A stretch of 64,000 nucleotides of DNA, taken from NCBI GenBank assembly GCA_965202585.1, contig OZ241834.1, positions 19,530,001 to 19,594,000 of the forward strand, given 5' to 3'. The position numbers were made by a program, and so were the translations under genes. Position 1 is the first letter of the stretch, and each line of letters begins with the position of its first letter. Shown here piece after piece: positions 63,727-64,000 of this stretch. A model generated the notes under the pieces. The model saw only the letters and a program-made list of their open reading frames with translations, was not told the origin of the DNA and did no database searches. Source of the stretch: Thalia democratica (lineage: Eukaryota).

Positions 63727-64000
63727 CTGTGAGGAAGTATGCGACTTGATGTTGATAAAGTTGTTTCAATTTGATTGTTGTATAATTTAGGAGACTAACA
63801 CAGTAAATAAATTCTTTTCAACATGTTATATAGTAAACTATGCCAAGACTTTAATGCTTTTCATTATCTAATTGTTTCACATAATAGATATTTTTAACTA
63901 CTACATTACACAAGCTTTCGATTTTAAATTAATATAAACTTTGAGTAAGACGGAGTTTACATACAGACTTCACTAAATACAAAGTATAACAACAACCTGA

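Overview
Very AT-rich eukaryotic (non-vertebrate animal) genomic DNA. The ORF track is mostly misleading because the genes are spliced. Bases 89-37035 (+) hold the 3' 44 coding exons of a neurobeachin/LRBA (rugose/sel-2 family) gene. I rebuilt these by hand with GT-AG boundaries and a continuous reading frame through the DUF1088, PH, BEACH and WD40 regions; the 5' end lies upstream of the window. Its 6.6-kb PH-domain intron (24099-30745) carries a complete antisense mab-21 gene (cGAS-like NTase fold, 366 aa) that is itself split into 7 exons. Other introns carry a rearranged Ty3/gypsy relic with a ~385-bp inverted duplication, a Buster-type hAT deletion derivative and MITEs. Downstream lie an intronless PARP1/2/3-like ADP-ribosyltransferase with an H-Y-E triad (40808-42394, -), a field of DNA-transposon MITEs with readable TIRs and TSDs, two orphan exons, and the last exon of 26S proteasome ATPase PSMC2/Rpt1 (63531-63726, -). 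The most unusual signals are these. (1) 27 of 43 neurobeachin splice donors have a pyrimidine at +3. (2) The nested mab-21 is intron-rich and has Lys at the third NTase position. (3) A 1.75-kb composite hAT unit carries promoter-like cargo. (4) CAGGGTT-ended elements have 6-bp TSDs. (5) The PARP has no coding introns. All alignments are from recall of the human proteins, not computed. The species cannot be identified from the window.
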